64,000 nucleotides of DNA, taken from assembly GCF_004010195.1 (NCBI RefSeq), contig NC_057726.1, forward strand, positions 57,500,327-57,564,326, in the 5' to 3' direction. A model generated the notes under the pieces. That model worked only from the letters and a program-made list of their open reading frames with translations. It was not told where the DNA came from and did not search any database. A program made the position numbers and the translations under genes. Origin of the DNA: Chiloscyllium plagiosum (lineage: Eukaryota). Positions 12,129 to 25,167 of the stretch are shown in pieces (the stretch's first letter is position 1; every line of letters starts with the position of its first letter).

Positions 12129-12773
12129 TAAGAATTCTGAATGACTCACCTAAATTGCACAGCTCGATTTTATCTTTTGATGTATTTTATAGGTAAATTA
12201 CATGAACGGTTCCATTAGATTCCAATATCTGTGGAGAGACAAACACAGTTAATGTTTCAGTTCAATCAAACTCTTTGTCAGAGCACCAGTGTTTTTATTT
12301 CAGATCTGTGGTATATTGTCTTTATTTGCTTTCTCTAAATCTGTTTGCCAGCAATTAAGCTAGAAATCCCATCTCTTATCTCATCTCATTGGCTTTGCAG
12401 GACACTCTTTCCAAAGTCAGTTGGCTTTTGTAAACAACGAGTAAACCACCTTCTCTTTGACTCTTTAACTGTTCATTTCCCAAGAAATCATATGATAAGT
12501 CTCTCTTCTACACAGTAAAGTCCATGCAGTTCCAAATTCCAGCTTCTCACCTACAAGTACGAATTTCTGGCATCTGGAATTTTCTTTACAAAGGTGAAAC
12601 TCTGATTTGCCTGAATACTGCACGCTCTCCTACTTTTAAGAGTGTGTCATTGTAAGTGATGCTCACACAGATTGTCACAAGACTCTGTGATCTGGTGGCT
12701 TTCCACTTCTGACTGTCTGGGGACTCTATGAGCTGGGAATGAGTTTGACCACAGGAATTGGTTCCCTTTGCAG

Positions 12774-12903
12774 GGTGGCTTCACATTTAATTGCCCAAAA
12801 GTGTGCAAAGGAGTGGCCGTGGCAGGAAGTACGGAACATTGTGCAGTCGTATGAGGCACAACTTCGCAGGATAATAAAACCCAAAGCAGAGTCGTACAAA
12901 AAG
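12774..12903 (+). pseudogene. RBR-type E3 ligase-like pseudogene, exon A (RING1 end/linker), frameshifted
   Basis: ttgcag|GGFTFNCPK(+1 A at 12797-12800)CAKEWPWQEVRNIVQSYEAQLRRIIKPKAESYKK|gtaacc; phase 0 end joins the 15201 exon. Confidence 0.65.
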
Positions 12904-13404
12904 GTAACCTGAGTGTTTTGGGCTTTTGATTTCTGCATTTTCTCATGAATGATTTAGAATTGAGTAATTTCTTTGTATTCTAATCAATGGGATTGCAAAC
13001 GTTTGATTCAAAATACTGATGTCTTTTGACGTGTTTGTTGAAGTTAACTGAGCCAGTTTGTGGAATGTTATGGCCTACGGCCTACTTTACACTGGATAAC
13101 GGGGTCAGCTATCTCATCCCAAGGTTATTGTTTAGGTTTAAAGGCTTCTGTCTCTGAGCTGAAAACACAGCAGAGTTCCCAGGATTAAGGCAAGTCACAA
13201 TGCACAATATCCGTGTCAATGTGTTCCTCCAAACATTGCTCTTTTCATGACAAAAGTCAAATAAAACTGCATGTAGCATTATCTCTGCAGACTCTTTGTA
13301 TCATCTTCATTGCCTCCCCATCTATTTTTGTATCACCTACAAACATGGCTATTATACATTCACTTCCCTCATCCAAGTCATTCATATAAACTGTAAATAA
13401 TTGC

Positions 13405-13666
13405 TAGGTGAAAGTGAGGACTGCGGATGCTGGAGATCAGAGTCCAGATTAGGACTTTTGCCCGAAATGTCAATTTTCCTGGTCCTCAATGCTGCCTGAA
13501 CTTCTGTGCTTTTCCAGCACTACTCTAATCTAGACTGTAAATAATTGTTCTCGGGTCAATGAATTCAATACACGGAGTGACATTGAACGATTCTTCCGCC
13601 GCCTTCGCCTCCGTGCCTTCTTTTTCAATCAAGACCCTCACCGCGTCTGCAGACCTCACTTTCTCC
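13405..13666. mobile_element. Penelope-like fragments, inverted arrangement
   Basis: gaaagtgaggactgcggatgctggagatcag head and its reverse complement; repeated ctgtaaataattg flanks. Confidence 0.5.
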
Positions 13667-13819
13667 CTGTAAATAATTGTGGCCACAGCACTCATCTCTG
13701 GGGAACTCCATTAGTTATGCCCTCCCCATCCCAACTGTATGTTTCCTATTTGTTAGACAATCCTCTATCCATACTAATGTACTACCAACGATACCAGAGA
13801 ATCATAGAATAGAATCCCA

Positions 13820-14240
13820 TTAGGCTGGGCCTGTACTCATTGGAACATAGAAGAATGAGAGACAACTTTAGTGAAACATATAAGATTCTTATGGAACTTA
13901 ACAGGATAGTTTGTTTCTCTTTGTGGGAGAGTCTAGGATCAGAGGGCATAATCTCAGAAGAAGAAGAGTCATTGTTTTAAGACAAAGATGAGGAGGGACT
14001 TTTTTCTGTCAGAGGATACTGAATATGTGGAATTCTTATTGCAGAGGGCTATAAAGGTTGGGTCATTCAGCATCTTCGAGGTTGAGATAGACAGATGTTT
14101 AATCTGTAAGGGAATCAAGAATTTATGAAGAAAAGGCAGGAGGGCGGAGTCGAGGATGGTCAGATCAGCCAATCATCTCATTCAAGGGGACAGCAGAGTC
14201 AATGGGCAAAATGGCCTGTTTCTGCTCCACTATTTTGTGA
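13820..14240 (+). mobile_element. CR1 3' end
   Basis: ttggaacatagaagaatgagaga...aaatggcctgtttctgctcc CR1 3' motifs. Confidence 0.65.
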
Positions 14241-15200
14241 CCTTCTTGGATCCACATTTCGTTCACAGAATTTTATGTAGTTTTCTCTGAACCAAACTCG
14301 TTTAGAGGAAGCTGGTCACATTTTGTGTGAAATCACTGATGGAAAGGTCTTATCACTGGCCAGTCAGATCAGACAAGAAAGGACCAGAAGAAATGGGCAG
14401 TGTGTAAGTTAGATAGCTCTGAGGAGGAGGCTGGGCACAGTAATCACAGAGGGACTTGATGCAGTAACATAAGCAGCTCATTGTGTGACGCTTGTGACCT
14501 AATTCCACAAACATCCATTCCATGAGCATCTGCTCACACAGCTTTTAAATAACTAGGATGCTAAACTAAATGGATTGGATCCATCCTTGATAATTAGCAT
14601 AAAGCCAGCAACAATTGCAATTATGGAACAGTTAGCAATTACTGAACTGATAGCATGTTCGGAGATAAAAGGGGAGTCAGCTGAGTAATACTGACTATAA
14701 AAGAATGAAGAAAGCATACTTTAATTACGGCAAACTTTGATCATGAATTTGTAAGCCATAACAACAGGTCAAAGGAGTTCATTGTGAAACATAATGAGCT
14801 TGAGACTGGAGTTTCAGGAAGTTTTAAAGAATGTAAATTTTTAAGTTGAATAGAAATTCAGAATATTCTCTCTCAAAAGACCATTGATGCTTGGACAATT
14901 GGGACAGTTAGACTGAGATGAATTAATTTTCATTCTTCAGTCATGATCTAATTGAATGTTAGAGCAACTATAATGGGCTGATTAGGCAGCTCCTGTTACA
15001 ACGATATTATGAATAAATAACTCAATTCGCAGAGATATCTGCAACCAGTTATTGCAAAATCAGAGTTAAGGTTAATGTGGAGTAACAGGAAATATCAGGA
15101 GAAAATGTAAATGATAGCATTCTCTATTTTTCACATCTGAACTCATATTCTTACAATGTACATGCCCACTTGTGTCACAAATTCTCACTTTGTTCCTCAG

Positions 15201-15650
15201 TGCCCAACCTGCTGTCTCTACGTACAGAGGATGGATCCGGAGAAGCTGTGTGTACAGTGTCTGCCTTGCTCAGAGAAATCAGGAAAACCTTTTAAGTATT
15301 GCTGGGGGGAGTGGAAGAATGCTGCTGTGCAGAGTGATAGCTGTGGTAATAAATCCTGCAGTCTGACAGCTCTGCTTCTGAGTTGCGATACAATCAAATA
15401 GAAAGCTAGTGAAGTGTATGGGTGTCCCACAGTTCGGGCCTGCCCCAACTGTGAGACATTAATACAGCATTGTCTAAATGGCTTCCCAGATGTATTATGT
15501 CCCAATTGCCATTGTCAATTTTGTTACCGGTGCCTTGGCTTTGAAGAATGCGATACAAATTGTCATATAGCTAAAAGGCAAAAGCTGACTGGCGAAACGG
15601 TCTGCAAGAACAGAGGGCTTCTTGGGATGAGGATGGCTTCCCTAAGCTAG
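15201..15650 (+). pseudogene. RBR-type E3 ligase-like pseudogene, exon B (IBR + RING2-like), premature stop
   Basis: ttcctcag|CPTCCLYVQR..CVQCLPC..YCWGEW..CGNKSC..TIK*(TAG 15399-15401)KASEVYGCPTVRACPNCETLIQH..CPNCHCQFCYRCL; both ORF halves are in one frame. Confidence 0.75.
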
Positions 15651-17720
15651 CTAGTTTACCAGAATAAAAAGGACATTTAATCAGGAGCAGCAAAGATACA
15701 GTCGGGCAATAAATTTACATTTATAGCAACAGAGAAACCAACAGTCTGAAACCTCGTGTAATTTCCCAAACTTTGTGCTGGGTACGGAACTAGTCAGTAT
15801 CCCACTGATACAAAATAAAAGCTTCCTTCAATGTGACAGTTTTATCTGTATCCCTGCTGCCTTTTACAGGCAGACTTTGTAAACACTCTCCCCAGACTTT
15901 CGGCTGTTTCTCAGTGCAGATACCAGCAGCTCCCCAGTGCACTCTGCGTTAAGTGGTCATAAGCTTGGATAGTAAAAAGGAAGAAGATGGGGTGGGTTGC
16001 TGGTGAACAGGGGATTGTCAGACCCTCATTATCTTTGTAGTCACAAACCATCCCAGTCCAGTCTGCTTTGGTTTATCTCTCCACCCCGTCGATAGCAGTT
16101 GTTTGAATTTCCCTTTACATCTGTACGCGTGAAATTTCATGGGCCTCTTAATATCTAGACAGCCATTGAAGTTACCTCCATTTTTGGCTGCATCAACCCT
16201 TCTTTAAAAAGCACACGTTGGAATAACAATGTAAAAGTGTCCACAGTACTTTGAGATTCTGCCCTGTGTTTGTGATAATCATATCTTCAGGGGTCACAAG
16301 CGAGGGCAACAGCTCCTGCTAAATCCCTTCTTTCTAACTGGTTTTAAGACGACTGTTCAGTGCAGGGTGATGTATTTTCCAGGTCAAATGACTGTTTAAT
16401 GGTGTGACTTCTTACTCATTCGGTCTGTCCCTACCTGCTGTCCCTCTTGTGGACAGCTCGATTTATGCCACTGTACCTTGAAGGTGTAAACACCGTTTGA
16501 TCAGGTCATGCATTTCAAAACTCCACCAGGCAGTGCTTAAAATCGATTACCCCCATGTCATTCCTGCTCTTTTTCAAACAATTTCAATCTGGGCCCTAGT
16601 CCAGTCATGGAAAACAGTTTCTCTTCATGTACTCCATCTAAATCCTTCAACATCTCAAACACCTTCATCATGGTGACCAGGCATGCCTGACACAACAATA
16701 GGTTGAACGCAGAAGACAGTACAACAACAGATGGCCCCTCAAAGTAAAACTTTTCCAGCTAAGCATTCCTCCTCCAATTCCTCAGAATCCTAGGCTGTAG
16801 GATTCAAATCTGTCCTTCTAAACTCATCCTTGCCTCACAGTACAATTCCTGTACAAACCCAATTTATATTCGTGAATCTCCTGCAGCATCTTCTGAGTCA
16901 TTGAATTGAATTTGAAATTTGCACCCAATCACCATCAATTGGTGTTACCTCAATCTCTGTATCTAGTGCCATAGAGGCATACAGCACAGAAACAAGCGCT
17001 TCAGACTGTCATGTCTATGCTGACCAACAAACACCAGATTGCACTAAACCCTGCATTTACCTGCATTTGGTACATAGCATGAAGCTGCCCAGTTGATAAA
17101 TAGCTCTTGAGATGAAATACATTTCCTCAAAGTTTTCCATTTTCTGAGACAATCAACTCATTTGAAAACTGCAACAATTTACTACCGTGACCAGGTTGAA
17201 AGATTATACTAGTCAGTCATGCTGATGACACCCTGCTATTTCTCACTTGCCTACTAATCACCCTTTCGCAATCTCCATGAATTACATTAATTCTGAGGTA
17301 AAGGGAAGGGGTAAAATAACAGGGACATCAATTTATTTTGAACTTGTTCAGTAGATTTCTCCATAGCTCCTGAATTTTGTTTTGTCACATAACTAACTGG
17401 GATAGATTTCGGGGCTTCTCCCTCACCCTTTCTGCAGTAAACGTCACAGCACTTTGCTGTGGGACCATAAATAACCATCAAGGGCTACCTTTGGAGAGAA
17501 AACCCCAGCAGCAGCAGGAGAACCACATGGACTGGGAAGATCCCACACACGATCCATGTCTGCAGCGAGTTATTCCAGCCTCCATGCCTAGAACTGGGAA
17601 AGGGGAAGTCAATTAATATTCCTGCTTGGATTGCCATCCAGGAAAACATAAGAACTAGGAGCAGGAGTAGATCATCTAGCCTTTTGGCTTAGGATCCAGT
17701 AAGCCATGTTGGAAGGGAGA

Positions 17721-17982
17721 TAGAACATAGAACATAGAACATAGAAAAATACAGCGCAGTACAGGCCCTTTGGCCCTCGATGTTGCGCCGATCCAAGCCC
17801 ACCTAACCTACACTAGCCCACTATCCTCCATATGCCTATCCAATGTCCGTTTAAATGCCCATAAAGAGGGAGAGTCCATCACTGCTACTGGCAGGGCATT
17901 CCATGAACTCACGATACGCTGAGTAAAGAACCTACCCCTAACATCTGTCCTATACCTACCACCCCTTAATTTAAAACTATGC
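17721..17982 (-). mobile_element. CR1 3' end with (tagaaca)n tail
   Basis: FFTQRIVSSWNALP motif; tagaacatagaacatagaacatag. Confidence 0.85.
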
Positions 17983-18566
17983 NNNNNNNNNNNNNNNNNN
18001 NNNNNNNNNNNNNNNNNNNNNNNNNNNNNNNNNNNNNNNNNNNNNNNNNNNNNNNNNNNNNNNNNNNNNNNNNNNNNNNNNNNNNNNNNNNNNNNNNNNN
18101 NNNNNNNNNNNNNNNNNNNNNNNNNNNNNNNNNNNNNNNNNNNNNNNNNNNNNNNNNNNNNNNNNNNNNNNNNNNNNNNNNNNNNNNNNNNNNNNNNNNN
18201 NNNNNNNNNNNNNNNNNNNNNNNNNNNNNNNNNNNNNNNNNNNNNNNNNNNNNNNNNNNNNNNNNNNNNNNNNNNNNNNNNNNNNNNNNNNNNNNNNNNN
18301 NNNNNNNNNNNNNNNNNNNNNNNNNNNNNNNNNNNNNNNNNNNNNNNNNNNNNNNNNNNNNNNNNNNNNNNNNNNNNNNNNNNNNNNNNNNNNNNNNNNN
18401 NNNNNNNNNNNNNNNNNNNNNNNNNNNNNNNNNNNNNNNNNNNNNNNNNNNNNNNNNNNNNNNNNNNNNNNNNNNNNNNNNNNNNNNNNNNNNNNNNNNN
18501 NNNNNNNNNNNNNNNNNNNNNNNNNNNNNNNNNNNNNNNNNNNNNNNNNNNNNNNNNNNNNNNNNN
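17983..18566. other. Assembly gap
   Basis: Run of N. Confidence 1.
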
Positions 18567-18910
18567 GCCAGTCAATTCCTAATCCAAACCTCCAACTCAC
18601 TCTCAATGCCATACCTCCGTATTTTTTGCAGTAGTCTACCATGGGGAACCTTATCAAACGTCTTACTAAAATCCATATACACCACATCTACTGCTTTCGC
18701 CTCGTCCACCTCCTTAGTCACCTTCTCGAAGAATTCAATAAGGTTTGTGAGGCCCGACCTGCCCTTCACAAAACCATGCTGACTATCCTTGATCACATTA
18801 TTCCTATCCAGATGTTCATAAATCCTATCCCTTACAATTCTCTCTAAGACTTTGCCCACAACAGAAGTGAGACTCACCGGCCTATAGTTACTAGGCTTAT
18901 CCCTACTCCC
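18567..18910 (-). mobile_element. CR1 RT fragment
   Basis: SQHGFVKGRSGLTNLIEFFE..YMDFSKTFDKVPH. Confidence 0.9.
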
Positions 18911-19021
18911 TACTCTGTCTTTGTTAAAGGTTTGATTCAGATTTTATTATCATTAGTCAGTGCATGTGGTGGCAATTCAGGGTTTTTAACCAGCTCAGCC
19001 TGGCTGCAGAGGTTTCACGCG

Positions 19022-19348
19022 GTCTTATCCCTGGGGTGGGGGAGTCTGGAACTAGAGGGCATACGCTTAGGATGAGAGGCAAAAGATTTAAAAGGGACCT
19101 AAGGGGCAACCTTTTCTTGCAAAGGATGGTCCATGTATGGAACGAGCTGCCAGAGGGAGTGGTGGATGCTGGTACAATTACAACATTTAAAAGGCATCTG
19201 GATGGGTATATGAATAGGAAGGGTTTAGAGGGGTATGGGCCAAATGCTGGCAAATGGGACTAGATTAATTTAGGGTATCTGATCAGCATGGATGAGTTGG
19301 ATGAATGAGTCTGTTTCCATGCTGCACATCTCAATGACTCTATGACTC
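19022..19348 (+). mobile_element. CR1 3' end
   Basis: TRGH..WNELPEGVV..FKRHLD; (atgactct)n tail. Confidence 0.85.
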
Positions 19349-20482
19349 TTTAAACATTTCTATAGCAACCACAGATGCAATGTCCAAGAAGCTTCCAACT
19401 ATCAGTCAGTCGTCATGCTCCATCACAAACATTTGAATCATTGTTTAAGTTTGGCTTTATTCTTTGGCTGTTGATCTGCTGTAATTATGAAAATGCAGTT
19501 TTTCACAGTGTTAACTTCAGTATAACCAAACCTGGAAATGAAGACTTCACAGTCAGTTTAAATTTGCAGCCACTACTTTATGGGTGTGTGTGTGTGTGTG
19601 TGATTGAAACTTCTGTCCCAGCCAAGACCTTGTTCAGTTCATGGTTGGGGCATTTTTTCTCAATGACAGAATTATTACAGTTAACAAAGGGAGCCGTATT
19701 TGCCATAATGTGGGAAATGACCTTTACATTTTAGTCTGCTTTTTTAAAGACTAAGAATAATGGATTTCTGTACTTCATGTATACAATTTACTGTTTTATT
19801 TCACCTACTGTTCCTTCACCTGTCTGAATGAAACAAAGTTATCTGCTGATCTGACAGAACCCACAGCTTCAGTTTGATTTTTGAGAAAAGGAGAAATGTG
19901 ATTCTTTCTCATGATGCCTGGGTCTCGTTGTTATTTATCTGCTTAATAAACCGAATGAAACAAACAATAGGAAACTCCAGACACATTTCTGGGAGGGGTC
20001 AATGACCATAAAGTTAAGAATGTTTCTAGTGTTTCAAACACAAACAATAAGACAGTGTTGAATATAATGGTAATTGGTTTAGTTATGATGTCCTCCTTAG
20101 TGGAATTGCCTTACAACAGCTACTGCCATGGCTCATACAGTTAGAATGACCACTTTGTGAGGGGCCAGAGGATATACAATGACCCCTCTCCCAGATTTGT
20201 TTCCCTTGAAGCAGTCAATACTTTGTAGATGGCAAATCTCAGAGTCTGATGACAAAAAAAAATTAAAAATATCTCTGTGGGACATCTCCAAATTCTTCCT
20301 GCACGGTTCCTTCTTTTGGGGTCTTCGATTGACTTCCTGGCATCCTACACAATGTCAGAATGGGACGGGGAGTGGGATCTTCACAGATTCCTGCGCTCAC
20401 TGTTTGTCAGTCCTCAATAGCTGACACATCCCGATTTTATAAGATCAACAGAGGCATTACATGCATGAAGTATTATCAATTA

Positions 20483-20495
20483 CCAGCAGAGGGCG
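20483..20495 (+). promoter_or_regulatory. Candidate CTCF site
   Basis: ccagcagagggcg matches the CTCF core consensus CCASYAGRKGGCR. Confidence 0.35.
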
Positions 20496-20528
20496 AGGGC
20501 GATCTAGATTTATTTACTTCCAACCCAA

Positions 20529-20972
20529 GGAGAAAGTGGGGTCTGCAGATGCTGGAGATCAAAGTTGAAACTTTATTGCTGGAACAGCACAGCAGGTCAG
20601 GCAGCATCCAGGGAACAGGAGATTCGACGTTTCGGGCACAGGCCCTTCTTCAGGAATGAGCAGAGAGTGTTCAGCAGGAGAAGATAAAAGGTAGGGAGGA
20701 GGGACTTGGAGGAGGGGCGTTGGAAATGTGATAGGTGGAAAGAGGTCAAGGTGAGGGTGATAGGTCGGAGTAGGATGGAGGCGGAGAGGTCAAGAAGAAG
20801 ACTGCAGGCCAGGAAGGCGGTGCCGGGCTGGAAGGATCCCTTTTATCTTCTCCTGCTGAACACTCTCTGCTCATTCCTGAAGAAGGGCCTGTGCCCGAAA
20901 CGTCGAATCTCCTGTTCCCTGGATGCTGCCTGACCTGCTGTGCTGTTCCAGCAATAAAGTTTCAACTTTGAT
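20529..20972. mobile_element. Penelope-like inverted-repeat insertion
   Basis: Long arm ~20529-20835 plus short inverted arm ~20839-20972. Confidence 0.7.
20873..20908 (+). ncRNA. Minimal type I hammerhead ribozyme motif (family A)
   Basis: attc-CTGAAGA-A-GGGC-ctgt-GCCC-GAA-ACGT-C-gaat: stem I attc/gaat, complete core, stem II, palindromic stem III, GUC triplet. Confidence 0.65.
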
Positions 20973-21844
20973 ATCCAAATGAATCCAACAAGAACTGGAC
21001 CAAGCATATGTGGTACTCATAATCTTCTTCATCCTAAGTATACGCATGATTTTACTACAACTGCTAAGTATTTCATCAGTAATATTTTCAGCAACATAAC
21101 ACAAAACATCGCAGATAAGAAAAACTGCAGCATATTAACATGCCAAATTTCCCCTAAAGTAAATGCATTAAAATTCCATCAAATTTGACAATATTGTTAT
21201 GTATTTGGCTTTAAGGGGTTAACACGTAGGGGGTTCCATACAACAGCCAAGCAGGGTGAGATCAATAGTTGTGATGTTGAGAAGATATGCTCTTCTTCAT
21301 TAGGGTAAATAAAACCACAGAAAGTAGACAAAATCAAACACAAAATATTGCTGAGGAAAGGAGTGAACAAAGACAGAAATGGGAACTATTTAAATGTAAA
21401 TCTATGATTCGCTCCAGTAATAATATCTAACAATATTCAATATCTAGGATCATACCAAAAGAGTACTTTGAAGTATTAAAGGGATTTTCTGCTATCTAGT
21501 GATCTCTGAGGCATGAAGTTTCCCTTTCTTGATATGTGCAAGATCAAGACAAACACTAGGCATACAGTAACAGTGATATCACCGCAGGGAGTTGGCAGCC
21601 AATTACACTGAAGTATTCTCAAACAGCAAATCAGAAAGTAAAATGCAGTAAAATCTTCTACTCAATTAAAATTTCCACAGAGTAAATACAAATCATCAGT
21701 GATACACATGGGATTAAAGTAGCTGAAATATCATAACTTTTTTTTAAATTTGAAAAAAACATTATTGCCATAATAATGGCAAAAAAGCATCCCAGTGATA
21801 TAACATTAGATTTCTATGAGTAACTATTGAGTTATTAAAATTAA

Positions 21845-22030
21845 ATTGCATTTATATAGTAACTGTTATGGCCACAGAAAGATCCAAAATGCTTTACAGC
21901 CAATAAAGTACTTTGGAAGTACAGTCAGTGTTGACACATAGCAGGCAATTTACATGTAGCAAGCTCCCACAAAAAGAAATGCTGTACTAATTATTGAAAA
22001 AATATTGACTATGACACCTGGAACAACTTT
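21845..22030 (-). mobile_element. SacSINE1/DeuSINE-like ancient SINE remnant
   Basis: ttgcatttatatag..gctttacagccaat..caagctcccacaaa; a similar block lies at 23030-23240. Confidence 0.45.
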
Positions 22031-22375
22031 CTCATCAGTGGTGAGGTTCTGGAACCCACGAGTTCAAAGGGTAATACAGGCAAAAACCATAATCACATTA
22101 AAACATGCGGTGGAACAGTCAATGGGTTTAGGAATCAAAATTTGGAGAGTGGGATTAGTGTGACGAGGTATTCATCGACTGGTATGGACATAATGTGCCA
22201 GACGACTACCTTCTGTGCATGAAATCTTACTGTGTTTTCTATGTATCTATAACTCTTATTAAAAATAGTGCCATTGGCTCTTCTATGTCTACATTAGAGG
22301 ACAGACAGGCCTTCACTTAGTAGGCTCTCGTCAAAAAGATAGCAGCTTAAATCTTCCAACTTCCCTCACTGGATT

Positions 22376-22725
22376 GGAATGTGTTGCTGGAAAAGCGCAG
22401 CAGGTCAGGCAGCATCCAGGGAACAGGAGAATCGACGTTTCGGGCATAAACCCTTCTTCAGGAATGAGGAAAGTTTGTCCAGCAGGCTAAGATAAAAGGT
22501 AGGGAGGAGGGACTTGGGGGAGGGGCGTCGGAAATGTGATAGGTGGAAAGAGGTCAAGGTGAGGGTGATAGGCCAGACTGGGGTGGGGGCGGAGAGGTCG
22601 GGAAGAAGATTGCAGGTTAGGAAGGCGGTGCTGAGTTCGATGGATTTGACTGAGACAAGGTGGGAGGAGGGGAAATGAAATTTTCAGCTCTGATCTCCAG
22701 CATCTGCAGACCTCACTTTCTCCTA
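22376..22725 (-). mobile_element. Penelope-like fragment with hammerhead motif
   Basis: Minus strand attc-CTGAAGA-A-GGGT-ttat-GCCC-GAAACGTC at ~22433-22465. Confidence 0.65.
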
Positions 22726-23257
22726 GCCATAGTGAAGCCACACAGTGTCTAACTCAATGACTCGTCTCTGGTAAATACGAACGTTGTTGATCTCCTCTTG
22801 TGTTGAAATCAGAAACAGACATGAAGGTGACAATTGGAAGCCACCCACCCTGCACTGAGACTGAAGCCAGCCGTCTCTGGTTTGATGTTTTCAAGAAAGA
22901 CCTTTATATCTGCGATGGGAAGATTTGGGTGTCAATCTTACAAGGTAATGCAACAATATCATTAAGGTAGAGATGGATTGTTTGTAGTGCCACCCCTCAG
23001 TGAAGTTGTTAATGAATAAATAGAATACATAAAGAAAGAAAGTCACATTTGTATGAACCTCAGCAAGGCTCATTACGGTCAATGAAATTTTTTTTACTCA
23101 GCCAATGAAACAGGGCACAATAAGCTCCCACAAACAGCAATATGATAGTTGCCAAGTGACCTGCTTTTGCAATGTTGATTGGTCAGGACTCCAGGGTTAA
23201 CTCCCTTACTATTCTTTAAAATTGTGCTATGGTATCTTCTCCCTCCACTTGAGAGGA

Positions 23258-23570
23258 TAGAATCATAGAATCCCTACAGTGTGGAAACAGGCCCTTCAGC
23301 TCAACAAATCCACACCAATCTTCTGAAGATCCATTCCCCTATCCTATTATCCTATACTTACCCGTGACTAATGCACCTAACCTGAACATTATGACAATTT
23401 AGCATGACCAGTTCACGTACCCTGCATGTCTTTGGATTGTGGGAGGAAACCTGAGCACCCAGAGGAAACCCACACAGACATGGGGAGAATGTACTGTCGC
23501 CCAACGGTAGAATCAAATGCAATACCCTGGTGCTGTGAGACAGCAGTGCTAACCACTGAGCTACCATGCC
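23258..23570 (-). mobile_element. HE1/V-SINE
   Basis: Reverse complement of the SINE head and V-domain; tagaatcatagaatccctacagtgtggaaac tail. Confidence 0.8.
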
Positions 23571-23889
23571 AGATAGATGCGACCTTTTTTCTTAACAATT
23601 CGCCTCTGACTGCACACCCCTGCTCAGGACTACACTGGGGTATCAACCCAGATTAGAACTTTCTAAAGAGGCATTTTGCCCACAATATTGTAAATCAGCG
23701 TTCAGGGTTCAAGTAGTGAGTCACGCTAATTCAGAGTGCATCAGTGCTGAACGGTACTGTCTTCCATGTGCGTCAATGATCAGATAAAGGTCTCTGAGTG
23801 TTGAATAAATTATCCCCTCCCCACACAACACATACACACACACCCACTCTCTTTCTGTTTCACACACACACGTATACACACACACACAC

Positions 23890-24669
23890 NNNNNNNNNNN
23901 NNNNNNNNNNNNNNNNNNNNNNNNNNNNNNNNNNNNNNNNNNNNNNNNNNNNNNNNNNNNNNNNNNNNNNNNNNNNNNNNNNNNNNNNNNNNNNNNNNNN
24001 NNNNNNNNNNNNNNNNNNNNNNNNNNNNNNNNNNNNNNNNNNNNNNNNNNNNNNNNNNNNNNNNNNNNNNNNNNNNNNNNNNNNNNNNNNNNNNNNNNNN
24101 NNNNNNNNNNNNNNNNNNNNNNNNNNNNNNNNNNNNNNNNNNNNNNNNNNNNNNNNNNNNNNNNNNNNNNNNNNNNNNNNNNNNNNNNNNNNNNNNNNNN
24201 NNNNNNNNNNNNNNNNNNNNNNNNNNNNNNNNNNNNNNNNNNNNNNNNNNNNNNNNNNNNNNNNNNNNNNNNNNNNNNNNNNNNNNNNNNNNNNNNNNNN
24301 NNNNNNNNNNNNNNNNNNNNNNNNNNNNNNNNNNNNNNNNNNNNNNNNNNNNNNNNNNNNNNNNNNNNNNNNNNNNNNNNNNNNNNNNNNNNNNNNNNNN
24401 NNNNNNNNNNNNNNNNNNNNNNNNNNNNNNNNNNNNNNNNNNNNNNNNNNNNNNNNNNNNNNNNNNNNNNNNNNNNNNNNNNNNNNNNNNNNNNNNNNNN
24501 NNNNNNNNNNNNNNNNNNNNNNNNNNNNNNNNNNNNNNNNNNNNNNNNNNNNNNNNNNNNNNNNNNNNNNNNNNNNNNNNNNNNNNNNNNNNNNNNNNNN
24601 NNNNNNNNNNNNNNNNNNNNNNNNNNNNNNNNNNNNNNNNNNNNNNNNNNNNNNNNNNNNNNNNNNNNN
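23890..24669. other. Assembly gap preceded by (ca)n microsatellite (23821-23889)
   Basis: Run of N. Confidence 1.
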
Positions 24670-24712
24670 GCCAACAATGTTGGCATCACGAACCTGTTAG
24701 CTGTAGTAACTG

Positions 24713-25167
24713 GTTGAAACTTTATTGCTGGAACTGCACAGCAGGTCAGGCAGCATCTAGGGAACAGAAGATTCGACGTTTCGGGCACATGCCCTTCTTC
24801 AGGAATGAGCAGAGAGTGTTCAGCAGGAGAAGATAAAAGGTAGGGAGGAGGGACTTGGAGGAGGGGAGTTGGAAGTGGAGGAGATGCGGTGGAGGGCACC
24901 GTCGACCACGTCGCCTTCCTGACCTGCAGTCTTCTTGTTGACCTCTCCGCCTCCATCCTACTCCGACCTATCACCCTCACCTTGACCTCTTTCCACCTAT
25001 CACATTTCCAACGCCCCTCCTCCAAGTCCCTCCTCCCTACCTTTTATCTTCTCCTGCTGAACACTCTCTGCTCATTCCTGAAGAAGGGCCTGTGCCCGAA
25101 ACGTCGAATCTCCTGTTCCCTGGATGCTGCCTGACCTGCTGTGCTGTTCCAGCAATAAAGTTTCAAC
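24713..25167. mobile_element. Penelope-like inverted-repeat insertion, same subfamily as 20529-20972
   Basis: Short arm ~24713-24875 and long inverted arm ~24911-25167; hammerhead motif at 25074-25109 (+). Confidence 0.7.

Noticed and set aside
16435-16476. Possible 42-nt minus-strand exon downstream of the orphan TM-like exon
   Set aside because: Only splice dinucleotides support it; no recognisable peptide
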